A DNA stretch of 64,000 nt from contig OZ024746.1 of assembly GCA_964016885.1 (NCBI GenBank), positions 93,434,001 through 93,498,000 of the forward strand. Reading direction: 5' to 3'. Each line of letters starts with the position of its first letter. The first letter of the stretch is position 1. A model generated the notes under the pieces. The model saw nothing but the letters and a program-made list of their open reading frames with translations. It made no database searches and had not been told where the DNA came from. Made by a program: the position numbers and the translations under genes. This document shows, piece after piece, positions 1 to 13,056 of the stretch. Source of the DNA: Eledone cirrhosa. Lineage: Eukaryota.

Positions 1-1087
1 ATGTATGCATATAGATATATATAAGTATGTATGCATATATGTATATATGTATATTTGTATGTATGCGTGTATGTATATATGTAGCATATATGCATATATG
101 TATATATGTAAGTATGCATATATGTATATATGTATGTATGTATGTATGTATATATGTATATATGTATATATGTATGCATATATGTATATATGTATATATG
201 TATGCATATATGTATATATGTATATATGTATATATGTATGCATATATGTATATATGTATATATGTATGCATATATGTATATATGTATATATGTATATATG
301 TATGCATATATGTATATATGTATATATGTATGCATATATGAATATATGTATATATGTATGTACGTATGTATGGTCGTCAAAGAAACTCCACAACACTTTC
401 CCTCCCGACAAACTGTTATAGTGTCCGTCTATAAATACTAACTCTCTAGACGAGAGGACAAGGCGCCATCTTGCATATATTAACTTCCTCGAACAGATCA
501 GCCATTTTCTTCGCTTTATTTAATTTAATCCTTTTTCCATATATTTAGTAAATTATTTACAGGGTGTGTTTCGCAGTTGGTTTGTTTGCTTACACACATA
601 CACATATACACACATACACACATACACACATACACATACACACATACATACACATACACGCATACGCACATACATACACACGCACATACGCACATACACA
701 CATACATACACATACACGCATACGCACATATACACACATACACACATATACACATACATACACATACACACACACACACACACGCATATACACATACATA
801 CACATACACACATACACACACATATACACATACATACACACATACACACACATACATACTCATACACACACATACAGAGAGCGAGAGAGAGGTAGTGTGT
901 GTGTGTGAGAGAGTGTGAGAGAGAGAGAGAGAGAGAGTGTGTGTATGTGTGAGTGTGTGTATGTGTGAGTATGTGTGTGAGAGAGAAAGAGAGAGAGAGT
1001 GTGTGTGTGTATGAGAGAATGAGAGAGAGAGAGAGTGTGTGTGAGTGAGAGAGTGAGAGAGAGAGAGTGTGTGTGAGAGAGTGAGTG

Positions 1088-1131
<44 letters not shown>
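1..1131. repeat. Compound microsatellites (TATG/TATATG, CACATA, GA/GT)
   Basis: Direct reading. They explain the YI/CV/HT/RE-repeat ORFs. A short unique stretch lies at about 371-590. Confidence 0.95.
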
Positions 1132-1134
<3 letters not shown>

Positions 1135-1177
1135 ATACAGGAATGTGTATGTTGTCCGGACAACGGCCTTCTTTCTC

Positions 1178-1322
1178 GTGAAATTAAGAGGCAAGTGGCT
1201 GAGCATTCTACAAACACTGAGTTCTCTGAAGGTAGTCCCCAGGGAAATTCAGCTGTATGGACCATAGGTCATAAAGTACCTGACACAAGGACAAGGTGCA
1301 ATACCGGGAATCGAACTCACGA
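1178..1322 (-). mobile_element. tRNA-derived SINE fragment
   Basis: The reverse complement of ccgggaatcgaactcacga is a B-box-like gttcgattcc. The body resembles the fragment at about 13080-13290. Confidence 0.55.
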
Positions 1323-1327
1323 AATTA

Positions 1328-1450
1328 CGAAACGGCTTGAGCTCAGCCGTCGGGGTCCTACTCGTTCCTATTACCCACTCTACTACCCTAAGTATTGAGT
1401 ACTTTGATGCGTTATGGTCCACCTGGTTCCTTACCACATTTCCTTCGTTA
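1328..1450 (+). mobile_element. TA-embedded repeat family A (putative PLE terminal-repeat fragment)
   Basis: gaaacggc..gagctcagccgtcggggtcc...ccttaccaca recurs at 4620-4745, 16381-16510 and, split and inverted, at 17921-18090. It always ends in (TA)n. Confidence 0.75.
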
Positions 1451-1477
1451 TATATATATATATATCATAGAGCATGT

Positions 1478-2021
1478 ATATATATATAAAACTGATGTTG
1501 TCTGTGTGTGTGTGTCCTCATTTTTGCAAAGTCTATACAAATCCACATTTCGACTCCGATTGACTTCAAACTTGCATTTATAGATTCCTTGCGGTCTAAA
1601 GATATTAACTGCAGCTTTTATTTTTCAATTTTCTGCTGTTAAAGGGGTGTTAGGCGCCGGTTATTCATCTCTGTCGCGCTCTTATAACATCTGTCTGTAT
1701 GCCTGCCTGTCTGCATTACGACATTCTGACAAACATTGATGACGTATTATGTTCACTATTTTCCGTTCATTGCCAGGAAACGTCTTCCCGAACCAAAGTA
1801 TCGTCTTCCTGTTTTCCTTCGGTTGCAACGTTTTTCGAAATATCTACTTTTGCATTCACAGATTGATGTTTTAAGTTTCAGAAGATCCTGTTAAGGGTGA
1901 AAGCAACGATTCTTTGCTTAAACTTTAATCTGTTATTTTAATCTATATATGTATATATATATAAAACTGAGGAAGGATGTATGTATGTATGTATGTATGT
2001 ATGTATGTATGTATGTATGTA

Positions 2022-2109
<88 letters not shown>

Positions 2110-2661
2110 CCAAGAAGTACCCAACCGATCTTTTTTAAACTTCACATGTGTATTACTTATATTTCAGGGAGTGTTATGCACATAAAAAATTCAATCTTTT
2201 GCTCACCTAAATTAGGTGAAAAACTGCGTTTTTTCAGCTTTTTAGGGGGTTTTTGAGGCGTTACGTCAGACCGATTCCCTTTAAATTGTAACTATGTATT
2301 AGTCAGTCTCTTCTTCATACGCGAGCAAAGAAAATCTAACTTTTTTATGGCATAGGGCCCGCATTAGGTAAAAAACTTCATTATTTTCAGCTTTTTAGTG
2401 CTTTTTTGAGGCGTTACGTCTAGCCAATTTTCCCCAAATTTCAAGGCATATTGTGCACATAAAAAAAATTCATTTTCTTGCTCCTCTAGGGCTCGCATTA
2501 GGTGAAAACCTGCCTTTTTCCTGCTTCATCGAGGAAAATCTTAGATTATCCAGCCATCAGAGTATTCGGTTTATTTTCTTTACATATTGTCCAGGTATAC
2601 AGTTTTTCCATCACGCGTTCCAAAATACCTTATCCCGTGCAACGCCGGGTACCACTGCAAG
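1478..2661 (+). mobile_element. Non-autonomous Helitron(s): probably a 5' part (1478-1940) followed by a second element (about 1942-2661)
   Basis: TATAAAACTGA followed by microsatellite as 5' ends, internal repeats of about 130 bp at 2130-2560, and a 3' hairpin cccgtgcaacgccggg followed by CAAG (CTAG-like). Shares segments with 51196-52545. Confidence 0.7.
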
Positions 2662-2792
2662 TATATATATATATGAGAGAGCATGTATATATATATAGAT
2701 ATATATATATACGTTTGTGCGTGGGCGTTCATGTGTGCGTGTGCGTGCGCGCGCACGTTTGTGTGTGTGTGCGTGTGTGTGTGCGTGCGTTT

Positions 2793-2824
<32 letters not shown>

Positions 2825-2993
2825 GCGCGTTTGTGTGTGTGTGCGTGTGTTACACTTCAATTTTCATTTGTTTCCTCTTCCTTCAGCCTTTATCGCATCT
2901 GATAAGAGTTATACACATACACACACATATATATACACTCACATACACACATATATATATGCACACACACACATACACACATATACTGTATCG

Positions 2994-3026
<33 letters not shown>

Positions 3027-3146
3027 GGACTAGGGAGAAATAAAAAGATATAACATATATATGCATTTATGTATATATATATATTTATCAATGTTTGTAT
3101 GTATGTATATTCATATATATACACACACATATATATATACATATAT

Positions 3147-3206
<60 letters not shown>

Positions 3207-3722
3207 TATACACACATACATACAAACATTCATAAATATATATATACATAAATGTATATATATATATATATATGTGTGTGTGTATGTGTGTGTGTGTGTG
3301 TGTGTGTGCGTACGTATTTAATAACAGCTGTAAGTATTTTTAGTTTCTTTTTTCGGAAATTCGGAAATCTTAATATCCAGAAATTTTAGAAATTATTTTG
3401 ATGAATGAAAGCTGTGGCCTTGTTTTAACTCTTGATAAATGCAGCATTTTGGGCTGACACTCGGTTTCTTAGTTCGTTTGTTACCTTTATACCCCACCCC
3501 TTCATATATATATATATTAGAAAGTGAGGTTTTTTTACAAAATGAAAAATAACCGAGGTGTAAGACGAACTGGCGCGAAACTTATTATAATTATTGACCA
3601 ACCAATCAAATTACTTCTCTAAAAACCTGGCGTTTCGAGCCACATTTTTTCCATATAAAACAAGTAACATTCAAAGACCAACCAGATGTGAGAAAAACCA
3701 CAGACCCTCCATCTCAACTCTA

Positions 3723-3758
3723 CTTTTGAAAAGCAGAAGAACTGCGAAACCGGTAAAG
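3723..3758 (+). ncRNA. Degenerate minimal hammerhead ribozyme
   Basis: CTT-TTGAAAA-GCAG aagaa CTGC-GAAA-CCGG-TA-AAG: stems intact, core C3 and G8 altered. A related copy is at 42952-42988. Confidence 0.5.
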
Positions 3759-4072
3759 GAACCAAATAAATATATATATTTTTTTTAAAATAAGACTCCA
3801 GTTGCATTTTCGATTTCATCTTTTTTGCTTTATATATATATATATATACACAAATATATTACACAGTGTAATATATTTGTATTTGAGCTCAGTTGAAAAT
3901 CCTCTGTTCTTCTTTGAGCTGATATTATTATTACTGTGACCTGCGGAATACTCTAATTCCGATCCTTGTGTATATATATATATATGTAAAAGGTAAACAC
4001 AAATAAAAACACAAACGGTACAATATACGGAAGGGATATATTAGGTAAACGCTTGAAATAGCAGGAAGAGAG

Positions 4073-4108
4073 TCTTAACGTTTCGGACGCTAGTCCTTCA
4101 TCAGAAGA
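4073..4108 (-). ncRNA. Minimal type-I hammerhead ribozyme (family B)
   Basis: Reverse complement reads TCTT-CTGATGA-A-GGAC tagc GTCC-GAAA-CG-TT-AAGA: stem I UCUU/AAGA, palindromic ACGU stem III, GUU cleavage triplet. Confidence 0.8.
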
Positions 4109-4287
4109 AAGAATGAGAAATTATATAAATATGTGTGGACGTATTTTGTATGCATGTATGTATGTATGAATGTATAAATGTATGAATGTATGTATGTTTA
4201 CATGTATGTACATACGTGTGTTTGTATGCATGTATGATTCATGTATATGTCTGCATGTATGAATGTATATATACTTACATGTATCCA

Positions 4288-4342
<55 letters not shown>

Positions 4343-4346
<4 letters not shown>

Positions 4347-4560
4347 GGCGTGTGGCTGAGTGGTTAGAGAATTGGATTCGCAATCGTAAGGTTGTGAGTT
4401 CGATTCCTGGACCAGGCGATGCGTTATGTCCTTGAGCAAGGCACTTTATTTCACGTTGCTCTTTCTACCTGGAGTTGCGACCGATAGATAGTATTAGCAA
4501 TTGGAAAGACCAACGGAAACACTCTTCCCTCGGTCCGATTTGACGAAAGTCGATCGCCTC
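4343..4560 (+). mobile_element. tRNA-derived SINE with CORE-like segment
   Basis: A box tggctgagtgg, B box gttcgattcc, then gtccttgagcaaggcactttatttcacgttgctc. An inverted sibling lies at 57040-57255. Confidence 0.8.
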
Positions 4561-4743
4561 CTATATATATATATATATAGGAAAAGTGTCAGGACTGCTG
4601 GCTTAGTTCGGATCTAGCTGTCGAAACGGTCGGAGCTCAGCCGTCGGGGTCCTGCCTCTTTTCCTATTACCCACTCTACTACCCTACGTATCGAGTATTC
4701 CGGTGCGTTATGGTTCACCTGGTTCCTTACCACACTTTCTTTG

Positions 4744-4814
<71 letters not shown>

Positions 4815-5018
4815 TATTGAAGTTTGCTTGAAGCATTGTGGAATAATAAGGTAAATTTCTTTAAGTCGTTTGGAAGCCTCGACAATGCAGATGGGTAAAT
4901 CTCCGGGTAACAAGATCCGGTGGTGGAGAGAGAGATGTAAGTGGGTGTACGTTGAGATGCGTGGCGTGTAGAAGACTGTAGCGTGTAGAGGAATGTAGGA
5001 AAGAGCGTAAAGGATAAA

Positions 5019-5059
<41 letters not shown>

Positions 5060-5197
5060 AACATGTGTTCCACGAACATTACATTTACTACTCATCTTCC
5101 TCACCCTCATCAATGTCATGGTAATTTCATTAAAATTGAAAGGTTTTATTCTTCAAAATTAAGGTCTTATGTGTGTAGTCGTGTGTGTATATATATA

Positions 5198-5620
5198 TGA
5201 ATGAGTTAGCAAAGCACTCAATAAGGGTAGGTCCTTAGAGTAATAACATACGTTTAAATAGCTTGACAAATTGAACATTGCGGTAGGCAAAACCCAACAA
5301 CACAATACCAAAGCAACGAAAGAACTAACAGGTTAAAAGATACACCTGGACAAATCAAACGATATACGTCTAAAGTGTTGCTATGAACCCGAAATCATTT
5401 ATCCAACTTACGTAACACGCACGCTCGTGGTATTCCATGATCGAACAGAGGATTCATTTCGTCAACAGGGATTCCGTTCTGCCTCAAAGCTGTGTGAACA
5501 AACAAAATGCGGCCGCTAAGAATGCAGCCAGCGAACACTTCGTTGTCACGTGTTATTTCCAACAAGGGAAGCAACCCCCGGTTTTTGGCGGGTAAATTCA
5601 AAGTGTTAACAAGCGAAATA
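5198..5620. repeat. TA-flanked dispersed repeat (family F)
   Basis: A diverged inverted copy lies at about 47655-48070. No coding or HHR signature was recognised. Confidence 0.7.
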
Positions 5621-5690
5621 TTATATATATATATATATAGCATTTATCTTAGGCTGATTACTAATGTGTGTGTGTGTGTGTGTGTGTGTG

Positions 5691-5749
<59 letters not shown>

Positions 5750-5772
5750 TGTGCGTGTGTGTGCGCGTGCGC

Positions 5773-5864
<92 letters not shown>

Positions 5865-5930
5865 AAAAAGCAAAAGGAAACAATAAAGCAATCAACACAC
5901 TACAATGAAGAAATATATAATAGGAAAAGT

Positions 5931-5967
5931 GTCTTGCGTTTCGGGCACCAGTCCTTCCTCAGTAGGC
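5931..5967 (-). ncRNA. Degenerate hammerhead ribozyme
   Basis: Reverse complement reads gccta-CTGAGGA-AGGAC tggt GCCC-GAAACGC-AAGAC. U16.1 is lost and the stems are mismatched. Confidence 0.5.
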
Positions 5968-6079
5968 AGAATGATAAATAAAAATTAAATAGGAAGATAA
6001 AGAGTGAGAAGAGGAAGAAACGGGAAAAAAACGTTTTTGATAAACAAAACACTTGTGTGTTCAGTCAGCCATTTTATAT

Positions 6080-6418
6080 ATCATCATCATCATTTTACGT
6101 CCGCTTTTTCCCTGCTTGCAAGGGTGGGACGGGAACTGATTCTGGCTTGATTTCTACAGCTGGATGCCCTTCCTAACACCAACCTCATTTACAGTGAGTG
6201 CTGGGTGCTTTATTTCCGTGGCACCTCAACGACCACTTTGCAGTGAAATGATAGGGACCCCAGTGCCTATCATCTCATTTCTACAGCTAAGTAAACTGGA
6301 GCAATGTGAAAATAAAGTGTCTTGCTCAAGGAAACAACACATCACCCGGTCTGAGAATTGAACTCACAACCTTTCGATTGCAAGCCCAATGCTCTAACCA
6401 CTAAGCCATGTGCCTCCA
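6080..6418 (-). mobile_element. tRNA-derived SINE with (ATG)n tail
   Basis: The head reads ggaggcacatggcttagtggttagagc...gttcaattc on the minus strand. The 3' part matches 59915-60125. Confidence 0.75.
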
Positions 6419-6554
6419 TATATATATGTATATATATATAAATAATTGTGTGTATGTGTGTATATATATATATATATATACATACGATCATATATAATAC
6501 ATACATGCGTACAAACATACATACATACGTACGTACATGCGTATATATATACAG

Positions 6555-6652
<98 letters not shown>

Positions 6653-6882
6653 ACATATAATACATATATATACATATATATACATATAATACATATATAT
6701 ACATACATATATATACATATAATACATATAATATATATATATACATACATATATATACATATAATAAATATATATATATAAATATATATATATTTATATA
6801 TATATTTATATATATACATACTTACACACACACACACACACAAATAGACATATACATGTCTATAAGCATTACCCAACCCACC

Positions 6883-6974
<92 letters not shown>

Positions 6975-7499
6975 AACTGAAATACGCGCATATATAGCTG
7001 TATAGAACACAAATATATAATCAATAGCTGCAACTCCGCAACTTTCCAAATAGGTTTATTGCGGATGACTTCACACTGATCAATACAGCTAAATGGCAAA
7101 ACTCGGCTAAATTAAAATCGAGCATGTAAACATTGAGGCTATGTATGTATGTATGTATGTATGTATGTATGTATGTATGTATGTATGTATGTATGTATGT
7201 ATGTATGTATGTATGTATGTGTGTATGTATGTGTGTATGTATGTATGTATGTTTGTATGTATGTATGTTTGTTTGTATATATGTATGTATACATGCATGT
7301 GTAGCTATGGATGTTATTGTATGTGTGGATGTGTATGTTTTGAGTTGTATGTGTGCATGTGTATATGCTTTGTATCTGTACATGTGTATATGCAGTTATT
7401 AGATGCAAAGTTTTGGGAATGTTATACATATTTTTACTGTTCCATTAATGGATTGTACTTGAAATTTCCTAACTAGTTGTGTTCTTTTTGTTCCTATGA

Positions 7500-7960
7500 A
7501 GCCTAGATTCTCGAGATTTGGATTGAGGCAGTTACTAACATACCCCAGTGCCCCAATAATCCGATGACCAGATCTTTCTTAATCGGGTGTAGTTTTCCTT
7601 GGTTACGCGTTCTTTATTACAGATACCATTATAGGATATGTTCTCATCTATCTCCAGGTATCTGTAGCAGTCCTCATCAGATATCGGTGAAACAGTTAGG
7701 CCATTGATGACAATGTTGCTAGATTGGGTTGTTGTTTTTCCCCGCTTTACAGTCATGTATGAGCATTTATCTTGGCCAAACTCCATTCCTATATCCTTTG
7801 AGAACGTTGTAACCAGGTCAAGATTTTTCTTCATCCCATCCATGTTCTTGGCATAGAGTTTCAGATCGTCCACAAAGAAATTATGGGTTAGGTTCGTATA
7901 TCTGTCCTCCCGTGAGCCAATGACGTATGCCTCACATTTCTTGAGCTGAAAGGACAAAGG
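7500..7960 (-). pseudogene. Non-LTR retrotransposon reverse transcriptase fragment, R4/Dong-like
   Basis: THNFFVDDLKLYAK...FSKDIGMEFGQDKC matches the R4-clade HLLYMDDLKLY/DIGMxFGxDKC pattern. It abuts (TACA)n. Confidence 0.8.
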
Positions 7961-8024
7961 GTATGTATGTATGTATGTATGTATGTATGTATGTATGTAT
8001 GTATGTATGTATGTATGTATGTAT

Positions 8025-8345
8025 GCAACCCCACCAAGGTTTTTTGGTGAGGAGGCTGACTTTGGACATCCTGCAGGACTAAAGACAAAACCTGTCAAAG
8101 GGCAAAGGAGCTCTTAAGAGTCAATGGCCATCCAAAATCACCGGGAGAGATGACCCCTTAGCCTTTGTCAAGGCAGAATTCTAGGAGAAGGAAAACTCTA
8201 ATATAACACCTGTAACTCTGATGGTATCCAATGATGTTGACTTGTTCTTCTTTTTGGTAAATATCATCTTGGCTAAGAGAGTGGGACTGGCTTTGTGCAG
8301 TGCCGTTGCTCACTATAAAAGCTTCACGGCACAGGCATTGCTTTA
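8025..8345 (+). mobile_element. Diverged copy of the (ATGT)n-embedded element
   Basis: Colinear with the reverse complement of about 10510-10880. Confidence 0.75.
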
Positions 8346-8674
8346 TATCTGGAGATCTCTCTGCACTTGTCATCACATGGTACCATGGGCCCAGCACTAT
8401 GTGTCAATAATTGTCACAAGTGTAGTGTTTGTACCAGAGTTTTCAAGTCGCTGGCTGGACTAAAAAGTCACACTCGTTCAGCGCATCGGTAGGGGTTCTC
8501 CTACATGGATATAAAGTAGTGGCCGCATGCATGAATGTATGTATGTATTTATGTGTGTATGTATGTATGTATGTATGTATGTATGTATGTATGTATGTAT
8601 GTATGTATGTATGTATGTATGTGTGTATGTATGTATGTGTGTACGTATGTAGGTATGTATGTATGTACGTATGA

Positions 8675-8940
8675 TCTAGGAGAAGGCAACTCAGGAAACT
8701 GGGATGACTCCGATATAAAACCTGCGGCTCAGTAGTTACCGATGATGTTGATCTTTTCTTCCTTTCGGGTTATAGCTACTGTCGCTCAGAGAGTGGGATT
8801 GGCTCAGTGCACAGTCTTTCCTCACTTTAAAAAATATCTTCACGCACAGGCATTGCACGATAGAATTAATAATATTTAATAATATTTAATAATGATATAT
8901 CGTGCAATGGCCATACTCGATAACGAGGGGACAGCCATCA
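8675..8940 (+). mobile_element. 3' half of the (ATGT)n-embedded element
   Basis: Close to the reverse complement of 10425-10685. It ends cagccatc then (ATGT)n. Confidence 0.85.
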
Positions 8941-9355
8941 TGTATGTATGTATGTATGTATGTATGTATGTATGTATGTATGTATGTATGTATGTATGTT
9001 TGTATGTATGTATGTATGTATGTATGTTTGTATGTATGTATGTATGTATGTATGTATGTTTGTATGTATGTATGTATGTATGTATGTATGTATGTATGTA
9101 TGTATGTATGTTTGTATGTATGTTTGTATGTATGTATGTATGTATGTATGTATGTTTGTATGTATGTATGTATGTATGTATGTATGTATGTATGTTTGTA
9201 TGTATGTATGTATGTATGTATGTATGTATGTTTGTATGTATGTATGTATGTATGTATGTATGTATGTATGTATGTATGTTTGTATGTATGTTTGTATGTA
9301 TGTATGTATGTATGTATTTATGTTTGTATGTATGTATGTATGTATGTATGTATGT
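8940..9355. repeat. (ATGT)n microsatellite
   Basis: Direct reading. Confidence 0.95.
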
Positions 9356-10424
9356 TATCTCTTTCTCTTAATTTCGAGTATATTTTTTTGACCGGCCACC
9401 TTCCTGGTGGCAAGGTTGTAAAAGAAAAGAAATTGTCATCCCTTGAATCGCAAGAATGTTTTGCAAATTTTGAAGGTGCCAGCTATCGCAGCCATTTGTA
9501 GACTATGAATTAGGGAGCTGCGCTTTTTGTCCACAAATCCAAGTATGTATGTATGTATGTATGTATGTATGTATGTATGTATGTATGTGTGTATGTATGT
9601 GTGTGCGTATGCATGTATGTATATGTGTATGTATGTATGTGGAACACAAGCTCTCTCTCTCTCTCTCTCTCTCTCAGCCCTACAGAATCCCTCTCACCTG
9701 GTTCCAGTGAACCTGGCCCTTCTGGTCCTGCTTGAATCACCTCTGAACAGCTGGTCACTGTAGAGCTAACCTTCAGAAATAGGGATTTACCACCGATGAT
9801 GATTCCAACTGCCAATGTGGGGAACTGCAAACTATGGAGCACCTTCTAGTTTACCCCAATCTTGAAGATTCATGAACACTTAACGTCTTTGAAACCTTAA
9901 CACCCCAGGTAAGGTTCTGTGTGCAACGCTGGGAGGGTGTGGTTTAGCGACTCGATAATAATGATATAGATCTTCAAATGCCACGACATGCATGACTGCA
10001 CAAATATCACCTAGTTGATTCCCAATGAGTCTTGTCTGTGTTTGAAACCAGCTGTCTCTCCATTGATGAGAAATATAGAACATACGTACATACGTACATA
10101 TATACATACATACGTACGTATGTACGTATACACATACATGCATACGTACGCACATACATATATGCCTACATACATACACACACACTAACATACATACATT
10201 ATTACATACATACATGCATACGTACGCACATACATATATGCCTACATACATACACACACACTAACATACATACATTATTACATACATACATACATACGTA
10301 TGTATGTACGTACATATGTACATACATGCTTACGTACATATGTACATATATACGTACGTACATATATAGATATATACACACACACTAATATACATACATA
10401 CATAAATATATACATACATACATA

Positions 10425-10964
10425 CATGATGGCTGCACCCTCGTTATCGAGTATGGCCATTGCACGATATGCCATTATTAATAATTATTAATTAATTCTA
10501 TCGTTCAATGCCTGTGCGTAAAGATATTTTTTAAAGTGAGGAAAGACTGCACTGAGCCAATCCCACTCTCTGGGCGACAATAGCTATAACTCCAAAAGAA
10601 GAAAAGATCAACATCATCGGTAACTACTGAGCCGCAGGTTTTATATCGGAGTTATCCCAGTTTCCTGAGTTGCCTTCTCCTAGAAGAATGCCCTGACAAA
10701 GGCTAGGGGTCCTTCACTCCCAGTGGTTTAACCGCGCGGTACATGTGTATATACATATTTACACACTTTTGGATGGCCGTTGACTCTTATGAGTTCTTCT
10801 GCCCTTTGTCAGGTTTTGTTTTTTATCCTGCAGGGTGTCCAAAATCCTCCTCCTCACCAAGTAAATTTGGTGGGGTTGGCGGTTTAGTTGCCGACGACCC
10901 GACCATGCGACAGGTTGTACTGGGTTACATGTTACTAGTAGCACTCAAGAGTGACCCGATATAA
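10425..10964 (-). mobile_element. Apparently complete non-coding element of about 540 bp bounded by (ATGT)n on both sides
   Basis: Both ends run into (TACA)n. Partial copies are at 8025-8345, 8675-8940 and 63885-64000. Confidence 0.75.
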
Positions 10965-11150
10965 CATACATACATACATAAGAGTTGGGCAGGGATCTGA
11001 AAAATTAATAAGTGGAGATGGAGAGACGATTATTCGAGACCCGTGAGTACGCAATTCTGGGATCAGTCGGGTTACTGCCCCCTGGTGGGCGTTGAGAAGG
11101 TACAGGGGCGCTAGGCCTAAGGGGTGGTGGTAGAGATGATATTTAATATA

Positions 11151-11699
11151 CAGGGTGGGGAAGAAAGGTTGCCCCGATTCCAAAGTTTAATAAAAAAACA
11201 AACACATGATCATAAGAGAAAAAACTTCCTATTTATAATAAGTACATTACATGTCGTTGTGGTTTAAGTTGTATTGAAAATTGTATCACTTAAGTGACGA
11301 CCGTCAATGTCGATACAGTTTTGAAGTCTCTCTCGAAAGTTCACCATGTAGCGGCCCTAGGACGGCCAGGACTTTTCTTTTTTAAAGCCGATGATGTTTG
11401 TCTAAAGTTAGAAACCCACAGACGAATCGTTTTTCCATCCGGTACGGGATCATGACGACAAAGCGCGAAGTGTCTTCGGAAGAACGCTGCGTCGTTACGA
11501 CGGACTCACCGTTCTTAAGAAACTCTTCCACAACAAATGCACGATGATCTCCTCTCCAGGCCATGCTGGGGTACTACCTGAAACAGAAAATTAATGGCAT
11601 GTAATGTACTTATTATAAATATAAAGTTTTTTCTCTTATGATCATGTGTTTGTTTTTTATTAACCTTTGAAATCGGGGCCACCTTTCTGCCCCACCCTG
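11151..11699 (-). mobile_element. Internally deleted Tc1/mariner-superfamily element with TIRs of about 100 bp
   Basis: CAGGGTGGGG...CCCCACCCTG TIRs (11151-11253 and 11599-11699) with TA on both sides. Remnant MAWRGDHRAFVVEEFLKNGESVVTTQR resembles a DUF4817-type HTH start, and ...RERLQNCIDIDGRHL a transposase C-terminus. Confidence 0.85.
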
Positions 11700-11837
11700 T
11701 ATATTAAATATCACATGATACATATATATATAGTAAAATAAAAAAATATATAATATTTATTTATACATAGTATATATTATATTATTTATTATATATAAAT
11801 TAACGATTTTATTTATTATATATTATTTATAATTTGC

Positions 11838-12048
11838 AAGGCGGTGGATTGCCAGTATCAGTAGAGGGTCGGACGCCATGTTTTGCAGCATAGAGTTACG
11901 ACTCTTTACGGTCTGAGTTCAAATCCCGCCAAGGTTAACTTTTCTTTTCATCGATAAAATAAAGCACCAGTAACGTACTGGGGTCGATTTAATCGACTTT
12001 CCCCTCCCCGCAAATTACTGGCCCTGTGTCTATATAAGAAATCATTAT
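11838..12048 (+). mobile_element. Dominant tRNA-derived SINE (full-length copy)
   Basis: ggcggtggattg..gagttcaaatcccgcc..ttcatc..gataaaataaag..ctggggtcgatttaatcgact..ctggcc.tgtg and an (ATT)n tail. Other copies at about 13305-13485(-), 31585-31772(-), 35255-35475(+), 41170-41332(-), 42769-42884(-), 50013-50235(+), 50562-50712(-), 50778-50900(+), 52570-52685(+), 62382-62537(-) and 63463-63652(-). Confidence 0.9.
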
Positions 12049-12291
12049 TTATAATTTGTGTGTAGGCAGATCGATCTGGAAATAGGGTTGGTGGGAGGGG
12101 GTTCCTGAGGGTATTACGTGGCCATGAGGCGGGCCGTCACCCAAAAGGTTTGCGAACCTCTGTGCTACACCATCCTCTTGTATGTCGGTATTTATGTTTA
12201 GGCTTAGGTTTGTGTTCTGTAAGTTTCGATTCGACAAAAAAATGACATTGATAAAATTAATATCAGACTTGATAAATATATACTATACTCA

Positions 12292-12379
12292 GGGTTGGAT
12301 TTAGATCTTGGGGGTCCCGCAGCACTTCAGGATTGGGGAGGGGGTAATTTCCCCCTTTGCCTCCCATTAAATCCGGCCC
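12292..12379. mobile_element. Small Harbinger-like MITE
   Basis: Imperfect TIR gggttggattta / taaatccggccc flanked by TCA and TGA. Confidence 0.5.
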
Positions 12380-12702
12380 TGACTGTGGTCAATAATGATC
12401 GACTAAATTATTGCGGTGCCCCAGCATGGCCGCAGTATAATGACTGAAGACAGAATAAAAGAATATGGTTGCTAAAAGGAGAAAGAGGGTTAAAATCAAA
12501 CACTCATGATCAAGCCTACGGAAGTAAACGAACATGTTACCATAGCAACACCTTCAATTTGACCTTCAACTCTAAACACATCAATCAATACATATCCTTA
12601 ATAAGTTGTTTTACGTCATTCAGTTATATGTGACGTCATCAATACTTGAATAAACATGTTACAGTTTACTAACATCTTAAGGTGAAGATGCATGGCTTTC
12701 TG

Positions 12703-13056
12703 GTTAACCCTTTAGCCTTCACATTACTCTATATATACTATTGTATTTTTGTGGTAAAGGCTTTATCTTACATAATTATCTCACATAATATCGAATCTAT
12801 AAGATTTTGATCTTATTTATTTTGAGAACAATACCTTAACATCAGTATGAGTGGCCAGTTACAGCCGGTTTCGAATTTTCCTAATGCTACTTAACCCTTT
12901 AGCATTTACATTACTCTATTATTATATTTTCAGGGTAAAGGCTTTATCTCACATAATTATCTCACATAATATGGAATCTATGAGGTCTCGATGATGTTAT
13001 TTATTTTGAGAATAATACCTTAATGTCAATATGAGTAGCCAGTTACAGCCGGTTTG
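12703..13056. repeat. Tandem duplication of a unit of about 188 bp
   Basis: ttaaccctttagc...gccagttacagccggttt occurs twice. Confidence 0.85.

Noticed and set aside
4343-4420. tRNA genes (also 6345-6418 and 53065-53135)
   Set aside because: They have A and B boxes but no full cloverleaf, and they continue into SINE bodies.
10870-10960. HDV-like ribozyme at the start of the (ATGT)n element
   Set aside because: A P1/P3-like pairing can be drawn, but I found no P2 partner or canonical L3 by eye.
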